64,000 bases of DNA from the NCBI GenBank assembly GCA_035084275.1, contig CM068747.1:26660001-26724000 (forward strand), read 5' to 3'. The stretch is from Hydrolagus colliei (Eukaryota). Below the pieces are notes generated by a model. It did no database searches. It saw only the letters and a list, made by a program, of their open reading frames with translations, and was not told where the DNA came from. Position numbers and translations under genes: made by a program. Each line of letters starts with the position of its first letter. Position 1 is the first letter of the stretch. Positions 26,068-37,957 of the stretch are shown one piece after another.

Positions 26068-26744
26068 ATGGGCAGGTGTTTGATTCTAAACTGTGTTCAA
26101 TCATTGAAGATTCACTAGTTCATCAAAGTAGTATTTCCTTCCTGCGATGCATCTCCAAAAGTTGGTGTTGTTCCAACTCTCATTTCAACTGGACTTATAC
26201 AGCTGACAGGTCTATACGCTGGAATTTATTATTGCTCCGAGTCCTGGAACATTTCTGAGAGCAAGGGCCATAAAAATGGGTTTCATTCACTGTTAAAATT
26301 TTAGCACCACCTGATGATCTTTCTTTCCATATTTGTGAAGCAAAACGACCAAAAAGTGGTCTGCAATAGAGTTTCCTCATCGGGACTCGAGCCAGTGACT
26401 CCTGTCAACGTGGCAGACTCTCAAAGCCCTAAAAAAACAGTCAGTAGATGCTGCTGCTGTTTACAATTCCCAAAGTACTGATTGTTTTTGATTCTGATCG
26501 TGTTGTTACTGGTTCTTGTAGCGCCTTAATGCTAAAATAACCAATGCTTACATTGTGTTAAGGTGCTGGTTACAATTTTAAACCCTAACTACTGTGTTAT
26601 AACTATGTTTATCGAGTAAATGGTCAACGACCATAATACTTAAACTCCAGATTTGAGTTTGGGATGATCCAAGTTAGTCTTGTGGTGTAGCACAGCTGTG
26701 AGTTAACACACATCATTCAATGGCTGGATTATGCTGTGTTTCCG

Positions 26745-26745
26745 A

Positions 26746-26781
<36 letters not shown>
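26745..26781. repeat. (TC)n microsatellite
   Basis: About 18 TC units. Confidence 0.9.
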
Positions 26782-26782
<1 letters not shown>

Positions 26783-27057
26783 GCCTTGTCGCTGTGGGAA
26801 TTGCTGAAGGCAGGTCAGCCGAGTCTCTGGAAGCAAGGTTTTTCCAGAAGCTTCCAACACATTTCGTGATGGAGCGAGAGGGAGTCGAAACTGCCTGGAG
26901 TTGGTTCACTGCATTATCATCTTTAACACAGTTAGGGGGAAGCCCAGATTTGTCCCAGGCATGCCTCGAACTGAACTCAAGATTCCAATAAAGAACTGGG
27001 AGATGAGTCAGGGCAATAGTTGGAATACCCCAAATAAATTAATATTGAAGTGTGTTA

Positions 27058-27320
27058 AAACAACAACAAAATTACATTTATAGAGCGCCTTTCACGTCAG
27101 GAGGACGTCCCAAGGCGCTGAACAGTCAGGACGGGACCCGAGCAAGGGAGAGGGGCAGTGGGGAAGGGCGGGAGAGAGTTAGGAGGGGAGGGAGAGAGTT
27201 GGGAGAGCAGCAGAAGGTGCGGTCGAAGAGGAGGGTTTGGAGACCGGCCTTCAAGGAGAAGGGAGGGAGGGAGTGAGGCAAAGGGACTGTGGGATGGAGT
27301 TCCAGAGTGTGGGGACAGAG
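27058..27320 (-). mobile_element. L2 3' fragment
   Basis: L2 tail plus SLKAGLQTLLFDRTF peptide. Confidence 0.85.
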
Positions 27321-27865
27321 GCATCTCAAAAGATGAGATAGTCTAGTTACTTTCTCTGAATGGTGCAGAGGTTCTCGCTTAATTGAATCCCAATTAAATT
27401 TCTTCACAGCTTAGAATTGGGTCCCAATTCACAGCTTAGAATTGGAAAGTCCTCATAAGAATTTGGCAAATGTGATGTCTGGAAATCACTCAGCAACTTG
27501 CCGTCATCCTGCACGGCCTGCCAACTGCATTTGTATTCTGGCAGATAGGAACCAAGGTTTAAGGCCAGTAAATCTTGCTCGACTGATGTGGAGCTAGGAG
27601 AATGCTGGATCTATTTTGAAAATCTCATCTAGTTGAAGTTCTTTGACAGCTGTTATGTTGGCCTGTTCCTTTTCTCGGCTAATTTTCTACTTGTGTCAAG
27701 AGTTGGATAGATGCTCGTTGAATAGATACTGAATATCTCTTGCTGAAAATCTTGATATAATACAGCAGTTTGCCTGGGCTATTGGGCAAATGAGAAACCT
27801 TCAGCTGAAAGACAATGTGGTGTAATTGGCATGAATCCACCTTTGCTAATACTGGACATCATCAT

Positions 27866-28080
27866 CAACAATAACATTACCATTGCATAGCGCCTTTCCA
27901 GTCGGGAGGACGTCCCAAGGCAATGGACAGAGAACAGTATTTCGGCCTGGCGCTGGGTGTAGGGAATCAGGGACGATGGTGGGCAGTGAGGGGAAGAATT
28001 GCTGATTGAAAGCACGTTCAATGAGGAGGACTTTGAGGTAAGTATTGAAGGAGGGAACTGATGGGACAGGGTCTGAAGGT
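27866..28080 (-). mobile_element. Older L2 3' fragment
   Basis: catagcgcctttccagtcgggaggacgtcccaagg; peptide SFNTYLKVLLIERAF. Confidence 0.7.
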
Positions 28081-28599
28081 TTTGTAGAGGGTAAATCGTG
28101 CATACACTTTGTGTATTTCTCGCTTGAAGTCTGTAGATTTGACCTCCGGATTGTGGTCTCAGCAACTGCAGGTGTTGAGCGTCCGAGCATTGTTGCAGAT
28201 TTGCTATTTACAAATCCTTTTGCAACCTCTTACACTATTAAGATTCATCATCTCCTGAAGCAGACTGTTGAAGTTTTTCCTTATCCCTGGCTAAGTCAAG
28301 GAACCATTTGTTGCTGATCTTACTGTGTAGTACAGCCCCCCCCATCAATAATGAGGCTGTGGCAAGATTTTGCAGGTGTTAGAAATTGCGTACATAAGAC
28401 ACCATCAGAATAAATCTTATGCACTGAAACCGTTACTGTGACATTCCAAAAGTTCTTTCAGTAATGGATCACATGTGTTCAGTCCTATGTTGGCTGGGAT
28501 TTGAAGCCGGTGGAATATTCACAGGAGGCAAGGTCGGAAGTCAATAATCGACCCAATGACTGGTTATTCTGTCTGAATTCAGCAATTCAGTTGACTGAA

Positions 28600-28770
28600 C
28601 TTGTTGGTGATAAGACGCGGAAAGCGCTATATAAATGTAAGGATTATTATTATATTATAATAATCAGCTTGCTTCCATTTGATATAGCGCATTATCATAT
28701 AATTGAGACATCTAAAGTGCTTTACAGGATATATTGTTAAGTGAATTGACAAGTATGTATTTTGTGGGTG
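28600..28770. mobile_element. Two SINE tails joined tail to tail
   Basis: Plus tail gaaagcgctatataaatgtaaggattattatt followed by minus tail ccatttgatatagcgc...aagtgctttacagg. Confidence 0.65.
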
Positions 28771-29019
28771 GAAAGTGGAAGCCATGCTAATAATTACAAA
28801 GCCATTTTGGGCCTGAAGGTATTGATCAGACCTGGGTCTTGCAAATTGGGACAATGTTTCTACCAGTCACTCACTCCCCTGGGTCAATGCCAACTGGATA
28901 CAGACAAGTGTGAATCCTTCAGGAATCCCCAGTGTAATCTCCAGTTGGTTAGACATGTGCACACCACTGTAGATAGGAATTTTGAAGCTAAAGCTGATGT
29001 GGGAGAAAGAGCCTCCAAA

Positions 29020-29280
29020 ATCAACAAAATTGCACTTGAATAGCACCTTTCGCGTTAGGAGGACGTACCAAGGCGATGGACAATCACTGTTTCAGACCGG
29101 CGGAGCCGGGGACAGGGAGGGTGGAGGGAAAGGAAGGGTGGCGTTGGGAGTGACCAAGAAGCAACAACAACAACAACAAAATTACATTTACAGAGCGTCT
29201 TTCATGTTGGGAGGATGTTCCAAGACGCTGAATAGTCAGGACGTGACCCGAACAAGGGAGAGGGGCAGGGGGAAGGAGGA
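29020..29280 (-). mobile_element. Two tandem L2 3' ends
   Basis: Two tail copies at about 29020-29150 and 29160-29280, each with an (aac)n end and ggaggac/ggaggat core. Confidence 0.7.
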
Positions 29281-30289
29281 GTGGAATATAAATTATGGTT
29301 GATCTCGGTCAGTATTTCTCTGATAATTCCAGTCCATTCTTCCCTGGCAAAGACTTATCTTTGAATTACACGGCATCACTTTCCTTTGACCCTTTTCCTT
29401 TTATCTCTGTTTCACCCTCCTCATTACCACGAAGATTCTCCCTCACCGGGAGACCGTGCAGAAGGTATCCAATTATTCCAACGGCAGTCACAATGCCTCC
29501 TTTGAATTGCTTGTACGCCAGAGATTTGGCAGATGTTTTAATGTGATTAAGATCTGCGCTGTGATAATTGGGTGCTTCTGGTTCATAGGCTATCATCATC
29601 AGAAAACGCAAGTGCATAAAATAGCGATTAAACCCCCAGTACCATTGGAAAGCCTTGCTCTCAATAAGCTTTCTGGTTTGAGTGGGTTAGAATATAGCAG
29701 TTACCGCAACACACACTGGGGTCCCCAAGCCTTCGCTTCAGCCAACCTACACAGCTAATACTTTCCAGAATTAGGTAAGCAGGATGCTTCCCTCCAGGGA
29801 GAGAGAGAGAGAGAGAGAGAGCATTCCATTCCAACAAATATCTCTGGAATTTTCATGTGTAGGTGGGATGCATGGAATTCGCAGTTTGGTTTGGATACTC
29901 TTAAGCACAGAGATGGACGTTTTTTCGGGAATTTAACCATCATTAATTAAATATCAACCTGCATCAAGTTGTCTCTCAATTCAAAGTCAAATATATTTTT
30001 AGGCCCAGAAACTTTGGACAGAACTAAAGAGGAGTTAAAGCAAAGAATGAATAGTGTCTTTGAGGAAGGTTTAGCTGAAGTTGCAGCTATCAAGTCAGAT
30101 TCTGACCTAGAAAGATCAAGAGGTTGGCTTTGCTTCAATCCAGATACAGTATATTTTCTATTTGCAAGGCGCTTAACACAGATGTCTTTGGTTGTTTTAT
30201 TTAAAATGTGGCTTTGCAGGCAGCGCAATGCCAACACAGCCTCAAGTGGAAGCCAGTTTTAACCTTTGTTTAGCCGTTATTACAGTGAG

Positions 30290-30890
30290 TTCAATGGCAA
30301 CACCCACTGAAACACTTTGAGATGTCTCCATGGCATGAAGCACACTCTTATCAAATTCAAGGATGATGATTACTATTATTATTCTTCTAATCTGTTGTAA
30401 AATTGCAACGTGAAGTGTTGATGCAATGCCTAACAGGCGGAATAGCATCCCATGAATCACAGAACGAGTCAGGCCCAGGTTTCAATTGATAAAATAATTG
30501 TGTGTTTTGGTAATAACTCTTATTGTGCGTGGCCCTTAATTCGAAACATTGGTCCTCAGGAGAAAAACGAATGGCGAGGGAATGTGGTTTAGAAATTCAG
30601 GTCAGAGAAGTTGTGTGCAAAAGATTGTAGTAAATTCTCAAGCTTCACAAGACAAACCTGAAGTTCGACAGATGTGCTTTATTTTAGCCCCCCTCCACCC
30701 CCCAAGTACTTCCCCCCCCCACCCCCCCCAAAAAAAAAAGATTTATTGTGATGTAGCATTAACTGGTGCATTGTAGATTCACCATTAACGTTTGCTGCAT
30801 TATTATCATAACAGGAATCCTTGCATTCAATATAGCTCCTTATCGCGTCTTTGAGACGCCTCAAAGCGCTTCACAGAGTATGTTATAAAA
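30290..30890. mobile_element. SINE tail remnants (+ at about 30290-30380, - at about 30800-30890) around a C-rich tract
   Basis: ctttgagatgtctcc...atcaaattcaaggatgatg; aatccttgcattcaatatagc...ctcaaagcgcttcacag. Confidence 0.55.
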
Positions 30891-31779
30891 TGACCGTATA
30901 GATTGTGTGCTCAGTGTCCATTTGCTGCTTTTAATCTTCTCGTTTTCTTCCTTGATTTAGTACCAAACTAAACCATGTTCTTCACCCCAGTTGTAGGATA
31001 AATAAAAGGCTGTTTTGTTCAAAAAAAAAGAGAATGTTTAAAATATGGTTATGATGGCTTCAGAGTGACAGCTGTAACCTCTCAATTCAGCTGTAGGTCA
31101 GTGGGCCTTCTCCCACAGGGCTCGGTAAATCTAATAAAGGCTGAGTTATTGAGCTAGCTATTTGTATCAAAAGAGGAGTATCGTTTTAAAAAGGTGTTTT
31201 GTTCCATACGTCTCATTCTGCCAAAATATCCACCTGACATTCAACCCGTTGCCTGTATTTATGTGCTCTCAGCTCTACACCAGAAAGTGTTTGACAGAGG
31301 TTGATGGAAGAGGAAAGACTACCATAATAACAATATAACTTGAGCAAAACCACAAGACTGTCTTGAAAATGTGCCAATTGGCTGCATAAACCCGCTGATT
31401 AGTGCAGAGACTAGATCCGCGCATCCCAATACATTGTCCTGAAAGATCGGATGCATATAGCTTTTGAAGAATAAAAGGTTGGCTTGTTTGTGCAACTCAT
31501 TCATGTAGAAAAGCTTAGCACTACAGAGAGGAAGGAAATGGATTCTTCTGAGCAATGAGTTCCTGATATCTGCTGAGCTGAGTGAGAGTCTCTATGCCAA
31601 ACAGAATAACATTCCTGAGATAGAAGGTTTCAAGTTCACTGGACAAGTTGATCTACGATTATTTTTGAGCTATTTTATGAAATATAAATATAGCTGGTAA
31701 CATTTGCATAAAAATATTATCAGGACCTTTGATGTCTCTGCCAATTTCCCTTTCCTTTTCAAAACCATTGCATTTCTTG

Positions 31780-31925
31780 TAGCATGCTGTACGCAATTGG
31801 CTGCCGTGTTTCGCCCACCAAATACACAGTCAAAGCTACTTCACAATGTATTCTGTGAAGAGCTTTGAGGCGATCTTCTTGGGCACTAAGTCAAATGCCA
31901 AGGATCGTTATTATTATTATTTGCT
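31780..31925 (+). mobile_element. SINE core and tail fragment
   Basis: gctgtacgcaattggctgccgtgtttcgccc...ctgtgaagagctttgagg...caaatgccaaggatcgttattatt. Confidence 0.75.
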
Positions 31926-32786
31926 GCATAACATTAGCTTCATCCAGACTTGAATACAGTATGTGTTTTTTCAAGAAAATATGTGGTTATTATTATTATT
32001 TTAGAAATGGACAGATATATCCCAACCGAACCCAGGTTATCATTCCAGATACTTTGCTTCTGACTTTACAAGATCTGTTTGAGGAAAGTGGTTCAGAGTG
32101 TGGCCTGTTATTAGTTGGCTAGAAAATGTATTGAAAACATAATTTCTGTCTTAAGGTGCAAGTATGCAATAGACTGAGTGAGGACTCTCATCAAAAACAG
32201 ATGAGGCATCGGAATCTTGATACAGTTAAAATCCAAGCATAATTGCTTTTCTGTTCTGACTCTCGAGGATTCATGTGATGGAACCATTTCAAATCGGGGA
32301 TAAAATTCTACCTTTCTGCTGGGTTTCTTTTTATGTGCCTACTTTTGAACTTTAATTCGAAACCAATTTAATGCCCTTCCTCCTCCCCCATATCCTCTAG
32401 CGCTATCCCATTCCCTGAATGTTTAATACCCACTTGATAAAGGCAACTATCACCTTGATGAATTCTCACAATCGTCTGCAAGGAAACTGATGGCTTCAAG
32501 GTTATCTAGCTTTTTATTTAAAAAAATTGAACGTCCAGTGGAACTGCTGTGGATACAATGGAGTTAACTTGTCCATTGTATTGTGTACTACATAAGTCTT
32601 TATGTCTGTTTTTCATTATATGTCCTGAAACTACAGGGAATATAGCCTGCAACTATACTCTTGGAATCCACGCTTTTCCTTTATCTTACAACAAAGAGAA
32701 TCACAGCAGAGTAATGAAGCAAAGGCAGGCCTGAATCGATTTCTCTTACATGCAGCCATGCCATACCTTCTGGGCTATAAAGTTCG

Positions 32787-32986
32787 ATGATTCCCCCGAA
32801 ACAGGAACCACTAGTGGGCACACGATTTCTAAATTCTAAACCTAAAATATTCCAACCAAAATATATATATATTTTTACAAAGTACTTTCTCAATGTGCAA
32901 ATAACAGTGCGGTGGTGGGAATAGGCCACGATGAAGAAGGCACTTGATAATCAGGCCCACTAGTGTTCCTGTTTCGGGGGAATCAT
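32787..32986. repeat. 33/32-bp near-perfect inverted repeat with 135-bp spacer (candidate MITE)
   Basis: atgattcccccgaaacaggaaccactagtgggc (32787-32819) versus gcccactagtgttcctgtttcgggggaatcat (32955-32986); one indel. Confidence 0.85.
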
Positions 32987-33139
32987 TTATTGTTATTACT
33001 TAACATTGTTTCGGAAGTTGTCTTTGCAAATATAATCCTCTTCTCCCCCCCCTCCCCACTGCATGCATCACGCCTCCCAATGTTACCACATTACTCATAA
33101 GGAGATATCAACGGCTTGCGTGTACGTAATGTAATTTTC

Positions 33140-33990
33140 CTGGACGCAATGTCCTTTATTCCCACCAGCTGCTCTCCTTCCTCTGCCACCTTTCCATGCC
33201 AGTGCAGGAGATGTAATACCTGCCCTTTCACCTCCACCCGAACCACTCTCCAGGGGCCAAAACACAGCTTCCATGTGAGACAGCGGTTCACATGTACTAC
33301 CACCAATGTAGTAAATTGCATCCGCTGCTCACTGTGTGGTCTCCTCTACGTTGGGGAGACTAAGCGCAGATTGGGAGACCGATTTGCAAAGCATCTTTGC
33401 TCTGTGCGGAAGGTTCAACTCTGATCTTCCAGTCTCCCTCCATTTCAACTTGCGCTCACATTCAGAGGCTGATCTTTCGATCCGTGGTCTCCTGCGCTGT
33501 TCCAGTGACTCACAGCAAAAGCTTGAAGAATAGCACCTCATCTATCTACTGGGGACACTACAGACTTCTGGCCTCATTGATTTCAGCCATTTGAGGCCAT
33601 AAGAGCTTCCCCTTCCCACTTCCCCCCCACCTCTCCCATCACAATCATAACTCCAGACACCCCTTGCCTCTCTGCTGTTTTGTTTGTTCTATCACCACTA
33701 AACACCGCTTCTCCCATCTCCTGTTGTTTCACTCCCTTATGTCATTATCACATTTTCAACCCATCAGTTAACACACTCTTTTTTTCCTTTTTCCTTTGTC
33801 TTGTTTGTCTCCTTTGTCTTCCATGTCCTGCCTCTCCCCTTTTAACGTCCTTAAAAAAAAGTCTCCCTCCAAACAAGCCCCAGGTCTGACAAAGGGTTCT
33901 AGACCCAATAAGTTGACTCATTTTCCTTTCTCCATGGATGCTGCCTGACCTGCTGAGTTTCCCCAGCAACTTCTGTTTTTGTTTCTTTAT
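33140..33990 (+). mobile_element. Penelope-like element 3' fragment: GIY-YIG endonuclease and pLTR end
   Basis: TFPCQCRRCNTCPF, FTCTTTNVVNCIRCSLCGLLYVGETKRRLGDRFAKHL, DLPVSLHFN, QQKLEE*HLIYLLGTL; ends with gatgctgcctgacctgctgagtt. Confidence 0.9.
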
Positions 33991-34248
33991 TCACTGATCC
34001 AGGAAGTCACCAGTCAAAATTCGGAAAGGTGCCTAAAGCTTGAAATTGACTATATAATTCACTGTTGCTGGAGCTACAGTGTTTTTTTTTAAAAAAGGGC
34101 ATTACTGTTGCTTCCAAAACAGGTGTCAGAACTCCTTATCTTTCGTTAAACGCAGTATATCCAGTGAGAGAGAGAGAAAATCGTAGCATTTAACGTGTGG
34201 AAGCTAGCTATCTCGGAAGCTGAAAATATTTTACATGCCATTCAGTAC

Positions 34249-34425
34249 AATAATAATAATCTTTGTATTTTATATAATGCTTTTCATGTCTTCTAGACAT
34301 CTCAAAGACCTTCACAGAATACACTGTGAAGTGAATTAACTGTATATTGGTGGGCGAAATGCGGCAGGTAATTGCGCACAGCAGTGTCCCACAAACAGTC
34401 GTGGATTGAAATGACCAATTTATTA
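34249..34425 (-). mobile_element. Headless SINE
   Basis: Tail and core match the family. Confidence 0.8.
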
Positions 34426-35154
34426 CTAAAGGTTTATTATTATACATCTATTATAGATGAGGGAGAGAGAGGAAACGAGGAGGGAGAGGAACGGGGTAGA
34501 AGAAGTGTGAGGAGGGGGGGGGCGAGGATGGAGGGGCGAGAGAGAACAACAACACAGAAGGTGATGATCAGGCTTGCTTGCATTGGTATCCTTGCTGGCT
34601 CCTTTAACGAACAAGATAGATTGCTAATAAACTGCTTTTTGTTTTCAGTTCTTGTTTCGGAAATAAGCAGCTGCAAGTTCAGTTCTGATGGACACTGAAC
34701 ATGTGTGGCAATTCTTTCAAAGAAATGGTTAGATTGCAGGCATTTAAGTTTGTGACGAGCATTTAAGCTTTATTAATGTGTTTTGGCTACAAAAGGATAA
34801 GAATTAATTGGTTTTGTTTCCATTGCACACATATCAAATTGTGATGTAACCAAAATGAAGCAACTTACGAGTCTAGGCTGACACTCCAACACAGTGCTGG
34901 GGGAGGAAGGTCTTTGTCAAAGGTGCCGTCCTTCAGGTGAGACTTTAAGTTGAGATTCCGTCTGAATGTTCGGGTGATTGATAAAGAATCCATGGTATTA
35001 TTGGAGAAGAAATTTGGGTATGGTTTTATGACTTGGGGAGTCCTTGGCTAGTGACTTTAAAAGGTTTCTCCTGTTGCATCCTTGCTCCAATTTTGCAGTA
35101 ATCCTGAAATGTGTTAACATTTGTTTCTACTTCATCGTTCATTTATACCACCAC

Positions 35155-35412
35155 CACAACAACCAACTGACATTTGTAGAGCGCCTTTCACGTCGGGAGG
35201 ACATCCCAAGGTGATGGACAGTATGCGGTAGTTGATTTTATTAACAGGAAGTGTTGACTGTGAAGATACTTGGCAAATCAGCAGTCAGCCAGTTCCAGTC
35301 TGTTTTTCAGGGGGACTATTCAAGTAATCGCCCTTTTAAGCAAATATTTTCTCGAACAAACCTGCAACCTGGGACGTCCTCTTGGTGTGAAAGGCGCTCT
35401 ACAAATATAATT
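35155..35412. mobile_element. Two L2 tails in opposite orientation
   Basis: Minus tail at about 35155-35225 (tgtagagcgcctttcacgtcgggaggac) and plus tail at about 35365-35412 (gggacgtcctcttggtgtgaaaggcgctctaca). Confidence 0.7.
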
Positions 35413-35924
35413 TGGTATTGTGACCCCAACAATAAATCAAAAGGGTTTGCGCTGATTACTTACAATTAAGTTTTTTTTTCACTTGAATAATTATACGTTC
35501 ACTTTTACAAGTAGCTGAGTGGAAATACAGAGATCAGACACAACGTGAGCTATCTTGTTCTGAAGGTAGTAACTCAGTCTTGAATCATAAAAATCAGCCG
35601 ATGTCTAAGCAGAGGGAAAGGATAGGAACACCTCTGGCTGTGTATTTGTTTGCTGTACCAACACAAGTGGCATAAGATCAGAAGACAAAAACCTTGAAAA
35701 GGTCATTTGACGCATGTATTGCATTCTGTTCACGGACCAAATGAAGTTTGCAGTTGTTGTGGACTCTCCCTGACCTAAGGAAATGTTCTGCGCCATTTGT
35801 CCCCGCCCTCAAAGGTAAATCGATCGAAACTCCAGAAGTATCAATCTAAAGCCTACATCCTGCATTATTCAGCCTTGACTAATCACTTGCAAAATAAATT
35901 TGTACCATGTTTTTTCCTTTGGTC

Positions 35925-37450
35925 AGCCGAATGTCTGGCATGTGGAAATCCATCGCCATGCTTAAAAGTATCCAGACCATACTGATGGAAACACTTTTCG
36001 TTCTCGCCCACCCTTTTTCTTTCTAAACGGAACTAGATGAATATCTAGAACGGAGGCAGCCAAAGGGAAATTTGGGGGAAACGTCAGGTCAATGGGACTG
36101 AAAGGATTGCCATTAAAGCCGCCCACCTCTCCTCCCACTCCCTCTTCGAATCCCTCCAGTCCAGTTTCCGCCCTGCTCACAGGACAGAGACTGCGCTTGT
36201 GAAAGTCATAAACGATATCCTCTCTATCTGTGACTAGGGCTCCCTCTGCCTCCTTATCCTCCTGGACCTGTCCTCTGTGTTCGACATAGTCGACCACGCC
36301 ATCCTCCTCCACCGCCTGTCCTCTGTCATCCACCTCAGTGGGACCGCACTCGCCTGGTTTGAGTCCTACCTCACAAACCGCCAGCACAACATCTCCACAA
36401 ACGTTTTTTCCTCCCGCTCTTACCCAGTTACCTGTGGGGTACCCCAGGGATCCAACCTTGGCCCCCTCCCCTTCCTCATCTGCAAGCTCCCTCTTGGGGA
36501 TGTCATCCGCAGACATGGGGCACACTTCCACATGTACGCAGATGACACGCAACTCTCTTTCTCCACCACTTTGCGACTCCCAGTCCCCTGATGTTCTGTC
36601 AGCCTACCTGTTAGACATCAGGAGCTGGATAAGCGTAAATTTCTTGCAGCTGAATGTTGACAAGACGGAGGCCATACTCTTTGGCTCTCGTCAACGTCTC
36701 CATTCGCACGGCTCTCACCAACTGTCCTTCCTCCCCCACATCCAGTCCCTCACCAGCACCACCTTCTACCACCTCCAATGGATCGCCCGTCTCCAGCAAT
36801 ACCTCACCCCAAAAGCCACTGAAACCTTGGTCCATACCTTTGTCACCTCTCGGCTGGACTATTGCAACGCCCTCCTCTCCGGTCTCCCCTCCACCACAAT
36901 CCACAAAATCCATCTTATCCAAAACTCTGCCGCCCGCATACTCACCCACACCAAGCTTCGCTCCCCCATTACCCCAGTCCTTGCCAGACTTCACTGGCTC
37001 CCTGTCCCAGAGAGGATCGACTTCAAGATCCTCACCCTTGTTTTCAAATCCCTCCACTCCTCTGCACACCCCCTACTTCTCTGATCTCCTCTCTCCCCAA
37101 ACCAGCACCCGCTGCCTTCAATCCACCAGGTCTGGCCTCCTCCATGTCCCCCGAGTCCTCCGCTCCACCCTCAGCGGCTGTGCCTTCAGCCACTACGCCC
37201 CGAGGCTCTGGAACTCCCTTCCTCACTCCTTTTGCCGCACCCCTCCTCCCAGTTTCAGGTAAAGACCTTTTTCTTCAACTGCACATTTGGTCACCTTTCT
37301 ACCTCTGCCCCTGGCTCGGTCCTGGGATCCGTGATTGTGAAACTCTCTGAGATGCCGTCCGGCGTGAAGGGTGCTATATAAATCGAAGTTGTTTTTGTTG
37401 CCGGCACAGGCACGATGGGCTGAATGGCTTTCTTCTGTGCTGTAAATAGC
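35925..37450 (+). mobile_element. Old CR1 3' end (35925-36120 and 37401-37450) split by an L2 insertion
   Basis: Left part RELDEYLERR...GQWD*ggattgccattaaagccg; right part ccggcacaggcacgatgggctgaatggctttcttctgtgctgtaa continues a CR1 3' UTR. Confidence 0.55.
36121..37400 (+). mobile_element. L2 LINE 3' fragment (RT region, frameshifted)
   Basis: [78 protein letters not shown]; tail gaagggtgctatataaatcgaagttgtttttgttg. Confidence 0.9.
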
Positions 37451-37669
37451 TTTGGTTCTTTATTCAGTTCATTCTACAGTATTTTCTTCTGCCTTCTTGG
37501 CATCAGTGTTCAAATAAAACATGTTTCAGGTAACTGGGATTCCAAATAGAAGCCCGTCCATATATTTCTCTCTCTATATGTGTGTGTATATATTTGTATA
37601 TGTATATATATTATATATATATATATTCAAACACAGGTCTCATGCTTGCAAGGCGAGTGCTCGAATCTA

Positions 37670-37956
37670 TAACCAGGGGTCACAGTCTTAAAATTAATGG
37701 TCAGCCTTTTAGAACAGAGTTGAGGAAACATTTCTTCACTCAGAGGGAAGTGAATTTATGGAATTCACTACCCCAGAAGGCTGTAGAACATTTTCAAGGC
37801 TGAGACTGAAAGATTTTTGTAAAATAGAGGGATAGGGGATAGGGCAGGTAATTAGAGTTAGGTGAGAAGATCAGCCATGATCTTATTGAATGGCGGAGCA
37901 GGCTCGAGGGGCCGAATGGCCTACTCCTGCTCCTAATTCTTATGCTCTTATGTTCT
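37670..37956 (+). mobile_element. CR1 3' end, second subfamily with (ttcttatg)n tail
   Basis: TRGHSLKINGQPFRTELRKHFFTQREVNLWNSLPQKAV; gatcagccatgatcttattgaatggcggagcaggctcgaggggccgaatggcctactcctgctcctaattcttatg. Confidence 0.85.
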
Positions 37957-37957
37957 A

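Noticed and set aside
26731-26991. ORF with a signal-peptide-like N-terminus (SLSLSLSL...CLVAVG)
   Set aside because: The hydrophobic run is the translation of a (TC)n microsatellite. I found no convincing donor and no recognisable homology.
27404-27446. Direct repeat ttcacagcttagaattgg with a small palindrome between copies, as a CRISPR-like or regulatory array
   Set aside because: There are only two units, consistent with a local slippage duplication. No repeat-spacer array exists anywhere in the window.
30690-30730. C-rich tract (antisense G-quadruplex)
   Set aside because: It is a simple low-complexity run deep in an intron, with no nearby feature to link it to.
35962-37350. Several long overlapping ORFs on both strands (also 22354-22998, 24064-24432, 25140-25652, 39517-40716)
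   Set aside because: These are off-frame or antisense shadows of L2 and CR1 ORF2 caused by biased codon composition.
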